Assembly: GCA_951406725.2 (NCBI GenBank)
Contig: OX597824.1
Span: 10,478,001 to 10,542,000, forward strand
DNA from: Octopus vulgaris
Lineage: Eukaryota
DNA length: 64,000 nucleotides
Direction: 5' to 3'
The translations under genes were made by a program, and so were the position numbers. Positions within the stretch are counted from its first letter, which is position 1. Each line of letters opens with the position of its first letter. Below the pieces are notes generated by a model. The model worked only from the letters and a program-made list of their open reading frames with translations. It made no database searches and was not told the DNA's origin. Positions 11,898 through 24,068 of the stretch are shown here, piece after piece.

Positions 11898-12894
11898 TTG
11901 TAAATAAGCATCGTTATTATTATCAGGTTATACAGGTGAGGCTGTTCATTTTCATTTTTCCGTGACCAGCATGTCTGGCTATGGAGAAGTATTTTGCTTG
12001 GGAAACCAAACATTAAAAGGTTATGAAGCAAATGAAAGTTGTTTGCATATAAGAAAAATTGGCAAAGTTTACTTTCTTGACATTTTATTACCAAGCATTA
12101 ACAGAGCCTGACATCCTTGGTTCTTGCTAATTGGCAGAGAAAAACAAAAACTAAAAGTTATTGCCCGATGTCAGTGATAAATTCAAAGTTTTTTTTTTAT
12201 TTATGGAAAGCATGTAATCCTATTTGATGATGTTTCACCTTGAGATATTGAAAAAAAAAAAGTCACAAAGTTGGTTCTTGTACTGGTGAAACATGTGAGA
12301 ATTTCCTTACATAGTTGGAAAACTTGAACCAGAACTATCAACTTTAAAGCCACTGGAGTGGAGAATATAACAAAAAGCTGTGTATTCAACATTTATATCT
12401 CCACAATCTCTGAAGTATTAATTCTCATGTGATGAACATTCTTTACAGCATCAACAAATACTTCCACAAGTTGACTCTTTTCCTTTCCATATATTTAGTT
12501 TGTGACCTTTTTTTAGAGTTGCTAAAAACTCTTTCATCAAAGAAAGAGTAGTGCCTACAACTTTAGCGGATAACCTAACTCATGCCTGGGGAGACAGATG
12601 TCATAGAAATGTTCAACTTTTAACATCTGTTTGTTAATATCTGCAGGCAAAATTATAGGGAGGAAGTAAATTTGAGAGAGATAACTTCTGGGGTAGAAGA
12701 ATTAGCTGGAGTATTTAATACAGAATCTAGGAGGTGAGACATGGCTGATGGAAAGAGGAGAGAAAAGTAGAACAAGTAATCTTGTATGGAGAGAATATGC
12801 ACCTTGCTAATCAACAAGTCGTCGTCGTAGCAAAAAAGGCAAAAAGCCAAAATTTTTTAACATAAATATTCTCATTAATATTTGATCCTGTTTA

Positions 12895-13112
12895 AGGTGG
12901 CAAACGGGTGGAATTGTTAGCAGTCGAACAAAATGCTTAGCAGTATTTCATCTGTGTTTATATTCTGAATTCAAATTCTGCCAAGGTCAGTTTTGCCTTT
13001 CATCTTTTCAGGGTCGATAAAATAAGTATCAGTTGAGCAGTGGGGGTGGGGTTTGATGTAACTGACTGACCCCTTCCTCGTACATGCTGGCCTTGTGCCA
13101 AAATTTGAAACC
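12895..13112 (+). mobile_element. SINE family D (older variant) with 18-bp TSD
   Basis: Core ttgcctttcatcttttcagggtcgataaaataagtatcag. TSD AATATTTGATCCTGTTTA at 12877-12894 and 13113-13130. Confidence 0.85.
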
Positions 13113-13356
13113 AATATTTGATCCTGTTTATAGCAGGATCAAAGTTATTACTATTTCATACCTTGTTAGGCTGGCTGAGTGGTTAAGAAGCTTGCTTCCC
13201 AACAATGCGATCTTGGGTTCAGTTCCACCGCGTGGCACCTTGGGCAGTGTCTTCTAATATAGCCCCAGGCTGACCGAAGCCTTGTAAGTGGATTCAGTAG
13301 GCAGAAACTTAAAGAAGTTTTCTATGTGTGTTTATGTGTTCTTTTGTCTTGAGCTG

Positions 13357-13612
13357 TAGAGGCATGTGGCTTTGTGGTTAGGGTGTTGGTCTCATGATTG
13401 TAAGATTGTGGTTTCGATTCTTGGATCGGGCAATGCATTGTGTTTTTGAGCAAAACACTTCATTTCACATTGCTCCTGTCCACTCAGCTGATGAAAGTGA
13501 GTAATTCTGTGATGGACTGGTGTCCCATCCAGGTGGGGAATATACATGCCATAGAATCTGGGAAACCGGCCCTTATGAGTCAGTATGACTCAAAAAGGAA
13601 TCTTTACCTTTT
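13357..13612 (+). mobile_element. tRNA-derived SINE (C-related head, CORE-like middle, gatggactgg tail)
   Basis: A and B boxes, ttgagcaaaacactt, and a gatggactggtgtcccatccagg...ggaaaccggcccttatgag tail. Confidence 0.75.
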
Positions 13613-13621
13613 TTCTATTTG

Positions 13622-13912
13622 TTTTGTACTTGTACTTGTGACGGCGTTCACCCAGGGTGGGTTGAGCCGGCTTCTTCTCTGGTCCTGATGGCATCACGAA
13701 CCATGGCGGCCCATGCTCGACGGTCCTGCGCAAGGACACTGGAGATAGCGAGCCATTCGCAGTTCCATCTTCGCAGACCGACCACCTGCAGACCTGAGAG
13801 TTCGGAGAGGTCCTCCTTTATTGTTGTTGCCCAGGCCTTCAGCTGCCCACCTGCGCGTTTGTGCCAGTCGGGAAGTGGAGGTGGAAGGAGGACATCGCGA
13901 ATCAGCTCAATT
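13622..13912 (-). mobile_element. RTE-clade LINE 3' end with (CAAGTA)n tail
   Basis: WHKRAGGQLKAWATTIKEDL...LAQDRRAWAAMVRD is an RTE C-terminus. The tail reads tacttg repeats on the plus strand. Confidence 0.8.
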
Positions 13913-14042
13913 ATTTGTCTTGACCTCATGTCATGATTATAAACAAGCATCACTATAAAACGTGATGTTGCTTGTTACCAGTTTTCTATGAAAAAGCATG
14001 TGAGGCCATGAAAACATTACCTTGCTTGGAAACAGATGAAGG

Positions 14043-14352
14043 TGGAGGCACATGGCCTAGTGGTTAGAGCAGCGGACTCGCGGTCGAGGGATTGCAGGTT
14101 CGAATCTCAGACCGGACGATGTGTGTGTTTATGAGCGAAAACACCTAAGCTCCACGCGGCTCCGGCAGAAGGTAACGGCGAAACTTCTGCTCACTCTTTC
14201 GCCACAACTTTCTCTCACTCTTTCCTCCTGCATCTTGCAGCTCACCTGCGATGGACCGGCGTCTCGTCCAGGTGGGGAACCTATACGCCAAGAAACCGGG
14301 AAACCGGTCCTTATGAGCCAGGCGTGGCTCGAGAAGGAACAAGCAACAACAA
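14043..14352 (+). mobile_element. SINE family C (tRNA-Arg-like head) with tail type 1
   Basis: TGGCCTAGTGG, anticodon-arm-like GGACTCGCGGTC, GGTTCGAATCT, and a (CAA)n end. Inserted in a family G SINE with TSD aacaga(t/c)ga(a/g)gg. Confidence 0.85.
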
Positions 14353-15324
14353 AAACAGACGAGGGTTGTTTACAGAAAGGGCATCCAGCCATTGAAAATC
14401 TTTCCCAACAAATTCCACCTGATCTATGCAAGCATGGAAAAATGGACATTAAATGATGATGATGTTACTATATTTATTGGTCAAATCTTCACAAACCTTC
14501 AGATGAATATCTCTGGCAGAGACAAGTTTGAACATATTTATCTTTGTCTTCAGTATATCGTTTTCATCTGAAATGTTTTCAAGAGGAAATCATGACCCAT
14601 CTTGCTGTAAATGATTGACAATGCCTTGTACTGTTATAAAATGTATAAGTTTGATTATATGGCGACTTAAGTCTTATTTATAACTGCCAGCCACTTATTT
14701 TGGTAGGAGTTGATTACCATCATTGTTGTTATGATGATCATCATTATCAAAATAATTATAGCTATTGCTAATTACAGCAATGCACTTAACTCACAGGGGA
14801 GTATCTTTATGTGGTTGCTCAACTTGCTAGAAACATCAGCCAAATCTCTCCCGCTCACGAAATCATAACTAACGTCTAAAGAGTACATGGCTGTGTGGTT
14901 AAGAAATTTGCTTTTCAACCACATGGTTTCAGGTACTTCTACTATAGCTCTAGGCCAATCAATGCTATATGAGTGAATTTGGTTGATGGAAACTATGCAG
15001 AAGCCTCTTGTGTGTGTTTGTGTGTATGTATGTATATATGCGTGTACATGTCTTTGATTTTGTGTTTGCTCCTCCTACCTATTTGATAAGTGGTGTTAGT
15101 TTGTTTACATTCCTATAACTTAGTGTTTTGGCTAATGATACTGATAGAATAAGTACCAGACTTTAAAAAAAAATTAAATAATGGACAAAACTTCTCAATG
15201 CAGCTTTCTACGTCATATGTCCTTTCTGATGTCAACTTTTGTTTTTCAAGTAAGTAGTTCAGCAAACAGAGACCAATAGAATAAGTACAAGACTTAGATA
15301 ATAAAAACCAAGATAGATTTGTAC

Positions 15325-15498
15325 TTTATTTACATTATTTACATTTGACAGATATTGTTGTTAACGTAACGTTTTGGCTGATATACCCTCCAGCCTTCAT
15401 CAGGTGTCTTGGGGAAATTTCGAACCTGGGTTCTCATTCCTAAGGTATATTTCGATGTTATTATTATTATTATTACTATTATTATTATTATCATTATG

Positions 15499-15529
<31 letters not shown>

Positions 15530-15620
15530 TCACTGCCTGGAATCAAACTCAGAATCTTGGGGTCAGCCTGTGCTCTTAACCACTACACCATATGCCTGTG
15601 GCATATGGTGTAGTGATTAA
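15325..15620 (-). mobile_element. tRNA-headed SINE-like element with (AAT)n spacer, Penelope-type hammerhead motif and 5' fold-back
   Basis: Minus strand reads GGCATATGGTGTAGTGG (A box) ... GAGTTTGATTCC (B box), then (AAT)n, then CTGATGA-A-GGCTG-loop-CAGCC-AAAA-CGTT. A 21-bp inverted copy of the head lies at 15600-15620. Confidence 0.75.
15364..15408 (-). ncRNA. Degenerate minimal hammerhead ribozyme motif
   Basis: CUGAUGA core (plus strand 15397-15403), 5-bp stem II GGCUG/CAGCC, GAAA mutated to AAAA (CpG-type change), palindromic ACGU stem III. Confidence 0.6.
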
Positions 15621-16080
15621 CTAAAACCCTTCGAAGCAGTGCTCCAGCATGACCACATTGCAATGAGTGAAACCACTCTAAAAGCAAGATACTTCACTCC
15701 ACTGGTCTTCATTCATTGAACTACTGAGCTGCTGGACATATAGTTTGTGTAAGACATAAATAAATGTTACTGTTAGCTAAGCAGTGTCAATGTACAAGAC
15801 ACACATATTCATACACAAATACAATGGACTTTCATAAAGTAAAGTTCATGGTGTATATATTTCGTACCAGGATGAGGCACCAGTCCGTTGCAAGATTATT
15901 CTTTTTGCCAGCTGATTGGATTGGAGTAACGTGAAATGAAGTGTTTTGCTCAACAACACAATGTGTTACCCTCTCCAGGAATAGAAACTACAATCTTACA
16001 ATCATGAGTCTAATGCCCTAACCACTAAGCCATGCACATCCACATGGACTTCTATACAGCTTCTATCTAGCAAATTTAAC

Positions 16081-16558
16081 TTAACCCTTTTGTTACTGTA
16101 TTTATTTTGAGATGCTCTGTGTTTCTTTCAATTAATTTTAAATATACCAAAGAATTTAGTAAAATAACTTAGTTATCATTCAGCTAGTGTTAGGAACATA
16201 AATTGTGACTAAGGTTTGGTGGAAAATTTTAATTCAAAACTTATGAAAACAAGACATTTGTACTACAGAGCCAGAGGTGGTCTCAGCTGGGTTGGTATCA
16301 GAAGGGCTGGTTAAAAATATCATGGTGACTTTAACCCTTTAGTTACCATATTTCTGTTGAGATGTTCTGTGTTTCTTTCAATTACTTTAAATATAACAAA
16401 GGATTTAGTAAAATAACTTAGTTATCATTAAGCCAGTGTTTGAAACATAAATTGTGACTAATTTTTGGTGGAAGATTTGAATTCAAAACTTATGAAAACA
16501 AGAAATTTGTACTCAGAGCCAGAGGCGGTTTCAGCCGGGTTGGTAGAAAAAGGGTTAA
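16081..16558. mobile_element. Dimer of family E MITE (type A unit, spacer, type B unit; 250-bp period)
   Basis: TTAACCC at 16081 and 16331, closing GGGTTAA at 16558. The junction GGTTAAAAATATCATGGTGACT is identical to that in the array at 59043-62442. Confidence 0.85.
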
Positions 16559-16811
16559 ACTGGCTTTATCCAGCCAAAACATTCTGCTACTTTTATGTTC
16601 AAACTTGCCTGATTAAACATCTCACTTTATCAAATTCTTGAAACCACAAGATAATGCGTGATTAATTCAAAACAATGTTAATAAATAAGTATGGCTTAAC
16701 CCTTTTGATACCAATTCACCTGAAACCGCTTTTGGCTCTGTAATACAAATGTCTTATTTTCAAAGTTCTGAATTAAAATTATCCACCAAACCGTAGTTAG
16801 TTATTTTACTT

Positions 16812-17041
16812 GGCGGCGAGCTGGCAGAAATGTTAGCACGCTGGGCGTAATGCATAGCCGTATTTCGTCTGTCGTTACGTTCTGAGTTCAAATTCCGCCG
16901 AGGTCGACTTTGCCTTTCATCCTTTCGGGGTGGATAAATTAAGTACCAGTTACGCACTGGGGTCGATATAATCCACTTAATCCGTTTGTCTGTCCTTCTT
17001 TGTCCCCTCTGTGTTTAGCCCCTTGTGGGCAATAAAGAAAT
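16812..17041 (+). mobile_element. SINE family D, full length, inside a family E MITE (16696-17108)
   Basis: ggcggcgagctggcagaa head, gagttcaaattcc B box, gtcgactttgcctttcatcctttcgggg...aagtaccag central domain, aataaagaaata tail. Confidence 0.85.
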
Positions 17042-17107
17042 ATACATTTAAAATTAGCTGAAAGAAACACAAAGTATCTCAACAGAAATATGGTAACTAA
17101 AGGGTTA

Positions 17108-17727
17108 AGATCATGAGTTCAATTCTTGGCAATGTGTTGTGTCCTTGAGCAAGACACTTTATTTCACATTGCTCCATTCCATTCAGCTGGCAAATACAAG
17201 TAGTACCTGTATTTCAAAGGGCCAGCCTTGTCACATTTTGTGTCACGCTGAATCTTCCTGAGAACTATCTTAAGAGTACATGTGTTTGTGGATTGCTCAG
17301 CCACTTGCAGGTTAATTTCAGGGGCAGGCTCTTCCGTTGATCAGATAAACTGGAACCGTTCTTTTCTTTTATTCTTTTGTTTGTCATTTGACTGTGACCA
17401 TGCTGGAGCACCACCTTTAGTGAAGCAAATTGACCCCAGTACTTATTCTTTATAAATGTAGTACTTATTTTATCGGTTTCTTTTGCCAAACCGCTAAGTT
17501 ACTGGAATGTAAACACACCAGCATCGGTTGTCAAGCGATGCTGGGAGAACACACACAGATACACAAACATATGCACACACACACACACATATTTGCAATG
17601 GGCTTCTTTCAGTTTCCATCAACCAAATCCACTCACAAGGCTTTGGTTGGCCTGAGGCTATAGTAGAAGACACTTGCCCAAGATCCACGCAGTGGGACTA
17701 GTCGTCATAACCAACGGAGTGCCAGTT
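17108..17727 (+). mobile_element. SINE with tail type 2, interrupted by a minus-strand family B SINE (17360-17700)
   Basis: The tail gtacctgtatttcaaagggccagcc...ggaacc resumes as gtcgtcataaccaacggagtgcc after the B copy. Confidence 0.7.
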
Positions 17728-17734
17728 ATATATA

Positions 17735-17974
17735 TCATCATCATCGTTTAACGTCCGCTTTCCATGCTAGCATGGGTTGGATGGTTCAACTGGGGTCTGG
17801 GAAGCCAGAAGGCTGCACCAGGCCCAGTCTGACCTGGCAATGTTTCTACAGCTGGATGCCCTTCCTAACGCCAACCACTCCATGAGTGTAGTGGGTGCTT
17901 TTTACGTGCCACTGGCACAGGTACCAGACGAGGCTGGCAACGGCCACGATCGGATGGTGCTTTTTACGTGCCAC

Positions 17975-17980
<6 letters not shown>
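17735..17980 (-). mobile_element. RTE 3' tail inserted in (TA)n
   Basis: (CAT)n plus the family tail, with TA runs on both sides. Confidence 0.85.
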
Positions 17981-18012
<32 letters not shown>

Positions 18013-18726
18013 TTGACTGAATAATCAAAATGCTACTGAGTTAAATATTGTTCAAGATGAGGCTATTGTAGAAAGCACTTGCCCAGAGTGTCTCATACAA
18101 GGGATCAAGCCTGTAACAATGTGATTTTGAAGTGAACTGTATCTTTTATTCTTTTCTTTTGTACCCTGGACACAAGGTCCAATTGGTACTCAATTTATCA
18201 ACCCCCCCAAAAAATGAAAGGCAAAGTTGACCTTTGTAGAATTTGAACTCAGAATGTAAAGACAGACGAAATACCACTAAGCATTTCGCCTGGTGTCTAA
18301 CGTTTCTGCCAGCTTGCCACCTTTGGTTTCAAATTTTGCCACAAGGGCAGCAATTTTTCAGGAGGGAATGAGTCAATTACATCATCCCCAGTGTTCAACT
18401 GGTACTTATTTTACCGACCCCAAAAGGATGAAAGGTAAAGTCAACTGGTAAAATTTGAACTCAGAATGTACTGACAGATGAAATACCGCTAAGCATGGCA
18501 TGCTAACGTTTCTGCCAGCTCTCCACCTTACTCGTTTCATGGCCATTCCAGACCTTGAAGAATTTTTCAGTCAAATGAATCAGCCCCAGTAATTTTTTTT
18601 TTTTTTTTTTTCAAGCCTGGTACTTATTCTATCGGTCTCTTTTTTGATGAATTGCTAGGTTATGTGGATGTAAACTCACCAGTACCAGTTATCAAGTGGT
18701 AGTGGGGGAACATGTATAAACTCAAA

Positions 18727-18790
<64 letters not shown>

Positions 18791-19060
18791 AGTAGAAAAA
18801 TGAAATATCTTTTTATGGATAATTCGTTTAACCGATACCTGGGTAGCAAATTCACATCAGAAATAACACGGTTGAAGTTATGTGCCTAGGGCAGAGACTA
18901 CGTGTTTTCGTGTGGAAATTTGTGTGTATTTTTATGAAATTTATGAATAAATGAAAGAATGTCTGCAGTATTGTTTATCCACCAAATGCAGTGTTGAGCA
19001 ATCATTCTCACTATTCACCACTACGCGTGTGTGTCAAATAATTGAGAACTTGAGAAAAAC

Positions 19061-19421
19061 TCTATATTTAAAGCTGAAGTTGTCTGTGTATGGCAGGTTT
19101 GGTAGCCTTCAACTAACCCTAACTCTTCCGAGACCTTGCGGCGCAAGTTGACCAAAATTGAGAGTATGATAGAAAAATTCAAATCGGACCATTTAACACC
19201 AAAAATTATTTACAAAAAAGGGTTTTTTCCTATGAAAATCCCTATTTTTTACGATTTTTTTTTACTGCTGTGTCGCCATTTTTCGGTGTATTTCAACCAG
19301 AAAAATGTTCACTTAAAGAGAATAACAAGCTACATAATGCAAAATTTTTACTTTTCAAAAATTCCAATTCTAAAGGGTCGAAAAGAAAACAAGCCCAAGC
19401 AACACTGGTCTATACTGCTAG
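19061..19421 (+). mobile_element. Non-autonomous Helitron-like element
   Basis: 5' TCTATATTTAAAG...gtctgtgt, and a degenerate 3' hairpin (cccaagcaacactgg) followed by CTAG|T. Confidence 0.6.
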
Positions 19422-20105
19422 TTACTAATAAACTAATGCATAAAACTGAAATTTATTCTAACTAAGTTGCATAACACTCACTTTTCATCTATGCCATGGA
19501 AAATAGAAGTAACAAGTGGTTGGCATGCTTTGAAATCTGTGGCCAACAACACTGATGGTCACACAGTATAAGAATATAAGGTGTAAAGAGATATATTTGA
19601 AATTTAATTTCTATTGTTTCTCTCCCAACTGATATTGACTATGTTCACTTCAATCCCCCACCTTGAATCATATATCACATTCTTTTCACAGTCTCGTACA
19701 CTTACCTGCTGACCCACTTTTTCTGTTCCTCTCTGTCTGCAGCTGATGAAGTAATGTATTTACCCTGTCAGACACTTGTTCTTGTCCATCTAGCATACAT
19801 TCACATCTTTCAATACTATGCCCTACTCAGTTGAGGGGCTTTTGTCTTGTGAGTTCTTGGTGACCTTACTGGTGCCATGGAAAAAGTACCCAGCAGACTC
19901 TGTTAAGTGGATAGCATCAGTAAGTACATCCAGGTGTAGAAACTATGCAAAATTGGTCATTGGCAGCTCAGCTGCAGCCCTCTAGCTCATTGGTTCCTGT
20001 TGACCAATGTTTCCTATGCCAACATGGGAAAAGGAACATTAACCCTTTAATATTTACATTATTCTTTCAAATGCTGTGCTTACTTATTCACACTGTTTTC
20101 AATTA

Positions 20106-20620
20106 CGGTAAATCCTCAAGTATAATCCATATTTTTTTCCCCAAAATTTAAAGGTCAAAATCCCTAATGCGTACTATATATGAGGTTAAAAACGAAAATA
20201 TATTTTCTAAGCAATGTCCGAGTCTCTATTTGCTGTCTGGCAATGTTTATTCAGACACATTTTGTGATGTCGGGTGTGAAAATACCTTAAGCTAAGCCTG
20301 AAAGCAATGAAGTCATAAAAGAATCATCCATAACTTGCAGTAAGCAACATTTATTAAAATAAAAGTATTCAGAACACAATAACATGTAACAAAAACAAAT
20401 TGCAAACATATTTACGTTCCCGTATGACAATTAAGAATATCATTATTGTGTTACGCATGCGCGGAAGTGTTCGACTAGGTGCTGCTAGCTTAATTACGCA
20501 TGACTCAAGTTAGAGAAGGAGTGCGTATTATACACAAGGTTTTGGTTTTTCAGAGGTACAGCCCCCTAAAAATCCCCTGCATATTATACTCAAGGGCGGA
20601 CTATACTCGAAGATTTATGG
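20106..20620. mobile_element. TcMar (Tc2-like) MITE inserted at TA inside a family F MITE
   Basis: TIRs CGGTAAATCCTCAAGTATAATCC and GGACTATACTCGAAGATTTATGG, both flanked by TA. The host F sequence resumes after 20620. Confidence 0.75.
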
Positions 20621-20879
20621 TAATCATGTATTACCTTGTGGCTTTGAAAATCTGATGAAGTGACTGTTGATTTTTAGAATGATTTTGAGAGTTGGTCTGA
20701 GAGACCAAATCTGGCCAGTTTGAGCATAAAACTGGTGGAATATTTTGGCCAGATATGACTAGTTTAAATGCTAAAGAGTTAAATGATGATGTAGTTCTTG
20801 TGAACACTGAGAGGACAAACAAAGACAGACAAACGGATTAAGTCTATTATATCGACCCCAGTGTGTAACTGGTACTTAT

Positions 20880-21107
20880 TTAACCCTTTAGCATTCAGAT
20901 TATTCTGTCAAATGTAAAGCCTGTTTAATCATATTGTTTAAAATTAATTGTACAGCATCTTGTAACTCTGAGATTTTGATGATGTCCCAATTTATTTACA
21001 GAATGACTTTGTAGGATAAGTGTGAGAGGTCAGAGCTGGCTGGTTTGAGCATATAACAGGAAGAAAATTTTGGCCTGGTATGGCCGGTTTAAATACTAAA
21101 GGGTTAA
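20880..21107. mobile_element. piggyBac-type MITE family F, full length, inserted at TTAA in a family D SINE (20812-21232, minus)
   Basis: TTAA-CCCTTTAG ... CTAAAGGG-TTAA. Removing it restores ggtacttatttaatcgaccccgaaagg, which confirms the TTAA TSD. Confidence 0.9.
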
Positions 21108-21736
21108 TCGACCCCGAAAGGATGGAAGACTAAGTCGACCTCGGCGGAATTTGAACTCAGAACATAGCAGCAGACGAAATACCGCTAAGCATTTCGCCTG
21201 GCACGCTAACGTTTCTACCAGCTCGCCGCCTTAGATGCATAAAATATATACCTTGAGCTCAATTACTAGGATTGGTCTAGTTACTATTCCCCACCACCAC
21301 CACCACCACACACACACACACAATTTTTTTTATCTAGTGTCTTTGTTAGAAATAAATTCAATACTAAACATATTTGGCCAACATTATTTACACTGGAGTT
21401 TATACAGATGATGCTTAGCAATATCCAGTTCTGTGTCCTGTGCATTTTAATTCAAATCTAATCTGCTTCACGTCCCTCTTAGGAATAAGTAATATAAATA
21501 TACCAAGCTGCGATTGATTTTTCCTATATGTCTTTTGTAAGTGCTGGTAGATGTCTTTATTTGCTGCAAGGAACAATACCTGTCTTCCAGACTAGTGTAA
21601 TCTTTATATATTTGATGCAAATGCTATGCCATAATATTAATATGGAATTCAGAGTTATGGTGGCATGTGGTTCAACATATTTAAGTTAGATGTATCAGAG
21701 CTTTATTGTTTGTTGTTTGTATTCTATCCATAGATT

Positions 21737-21830
21737 AATCATCATTGTCACCATCCTCGTCATCACCACCACCACTACCATCATCATCATCATCACCACC
21801 ATCATCATCATCATCATCACCACCATCATC
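21737..21830. repeat. (CAT/CAC)n microsatellite
   Basis: Read directly from the sequence. Confidence 0.9.
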
Positions 21831-23662
21831 AACCCTTTAGCATTTAAACCGACCATGTCCGGCCCAAATATTGTACTTATTCTATGCACAAACTGGCCAG
21901 ATCTGACTGCTTGCACCTACCCTACAATGTCATTCTAAAAATAAACAGTGACACCATTAAAATCTGAAAGCTATAAGATAGTATATGATTGATAGAAAAC
22001 AATGTGAATGAATCTAATATAATAAATGCAAAAACTAATTTCTGTGTGTCAGTATGTCACACTTTGAGCCCCCCCCCCTCTCACTATTCAATGACATTTC
22101 TACTACTCCTCATGTTGGGGTGAGGGCAATAGTAGGCATAGAGATGGTGAGGGCAGTGATGAAGACAGAGAGACAGAAATTTAGGGAGAGTTGATGTTTT
22201 ATTAAAAGTAGTAGTGTTGATGGTGGCAGTGGAAGTAATAATAAGAGAGAGAAAAAGAGTGGGTGTGTGAGAAAAAGAGGGAGATGATGTTTGACTTAGT
22301 TTGACAGAAATTCCTGTCGTCAACATACTGAACATTATCATATTTGTTTTATTTTTATATATATATATATATATATAAAATACACTTTAATTGAAATAAA
22401 GTTTTGCCAAAATTAAACACATCTAATATAATAAATGTGAATGTCAGTGTGTCAACTTTTCAACTTTAATAAATCCTTTCTACCGGAAGCACTCAAATTT
22501 TGGGAAGGGATTAAGTTGATGACATCAACCCCAGTACATAACTAGTTCTAATTTTATCAACCCTGAAAGGATGAACGGCAAAGTCGACCTTGGCGGAATT
22601 CGAACTCAAAACTTAATGGCAGACGAAATACCACTAAGCATTTTGCCCAGCATGCTAACGATTCTGCCAGCTTGCTGCCTTAATATAATCATCATCATAG
22701 TCGTGTCAGTGTGTCACACTTTTCCAACTTTGCTCCTAGAGGCCATAGCCCGACGTATCATACCATTTGGGAATCAGGCTGACTCTGTGAGTAAATTAAA
22801 AACGTTCCAGGCTGAATCTAGACCACAATCCTGAGATTTTGGATTCCCAAATTTTCGTCGCTGTGATTGTTTTTGGCAATTTTTTTACATTGACTTTTTG
22901 CGACAAATTTTTTTTGTACAATAACAATTTTTATAATCCAAAGGCCAACTCTGTGAGTAAATTAAAAACAAAACAGAACGAATCTGGACCTGGAATCCTG
23001 CTAATGTTTCTGCCAGCTCGCCGCCTTCTTAAACAAATATTCCGTGTGAAAGGACAAAGATTTCAAGTCACTTTTTTCGTCTTTATATAGCTAAGAGTTG
23101 CAAGTTCTTGTCAGACTAACATTGTGCTTCTTTCTTCTTATTCTTTGATTAGGGAATTATTGGAGACTGTATAGGGTTGGAACAGGCATGGCTGGGTGAT
23201 TAAAAAGTTTGCTTGGCATCTATGTAGTTTTGAGTTTAGTCTCATTGCATGACATCATGGGTAAGTGTATTTAATACAGCCCTGAGCTGAACAATGCCAT
23301 GTGAGGGAATTTGGTACAAGGCAACTACAGAAAGGCCTTCATATTTGTATGTGTATGCGTGAATTTTCATATTCACACATACGCACATGCTTGTTACTGC
23401 TTGATGTTCCATAGTGTTTTGCACTTTTGTGGCTATGTGGAATAAAGAAATCTCTTTCACGAAAAGCAGTCAAGGATTGGCAACAGAAAGTGATTTCAGT
23501 CTCGAATAACTCTGCTAAAATCCATAGTGGCTTGGAAAGATGGGCGTTAAGCAAATGGATTATAGGGTTGGAGGTTGGAATTCTTCAAGAAAGATTTCAC
23601 TTTACTTGGAATAATTTCCCCTCAAGAACAGCTAATTTTTGGTGTGAGTAAATACATCTACT

Positions 23663-24068
23663 ACTCTTTTACTATTTTTACTTGTTTCAGTCATTTGACT
23701 GCGGCCATGCAGGAGCACCGCCTTTAGTCGAGCAAATCGACCCCAGGACTTATTCTTTGTAAGCCTAGTACTTATTCTATTGGTCTCTTTTGCCGAACTG
23801 CTAAGTTACGAGAACGTAAACACACCAGCATCGGTTGTCAAGTGATGTTGAGGAGACACAGACACACATACACACACACACACATATATACATATACATA
23901 TATACGACGGGCTTCTTTCAGTTTCCATCTACCAAATCCACTCACAAGGCTTTGGTCGGCCTGAGGCTATAGTAGAAGACACTTGCCCAAGGTGCCACGT
24001 AATGGGACTGAACCCGGAACCATGTGGTTGGTAAGCAAGCTACTTACCACACAGTCACTCCTGCACCT
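23663..24068 (-). mobile_element. SINE family B
   Basis: Full-length family match. Confidence 0.9.

Noticed and set aside
19735-19790. CTGATGAAG hammerhead-like start (also 38955-38965 and 45355-45390)
   Set aside because: No convincing stem II or correctly spaced GAAA. At best these are very old remnants.
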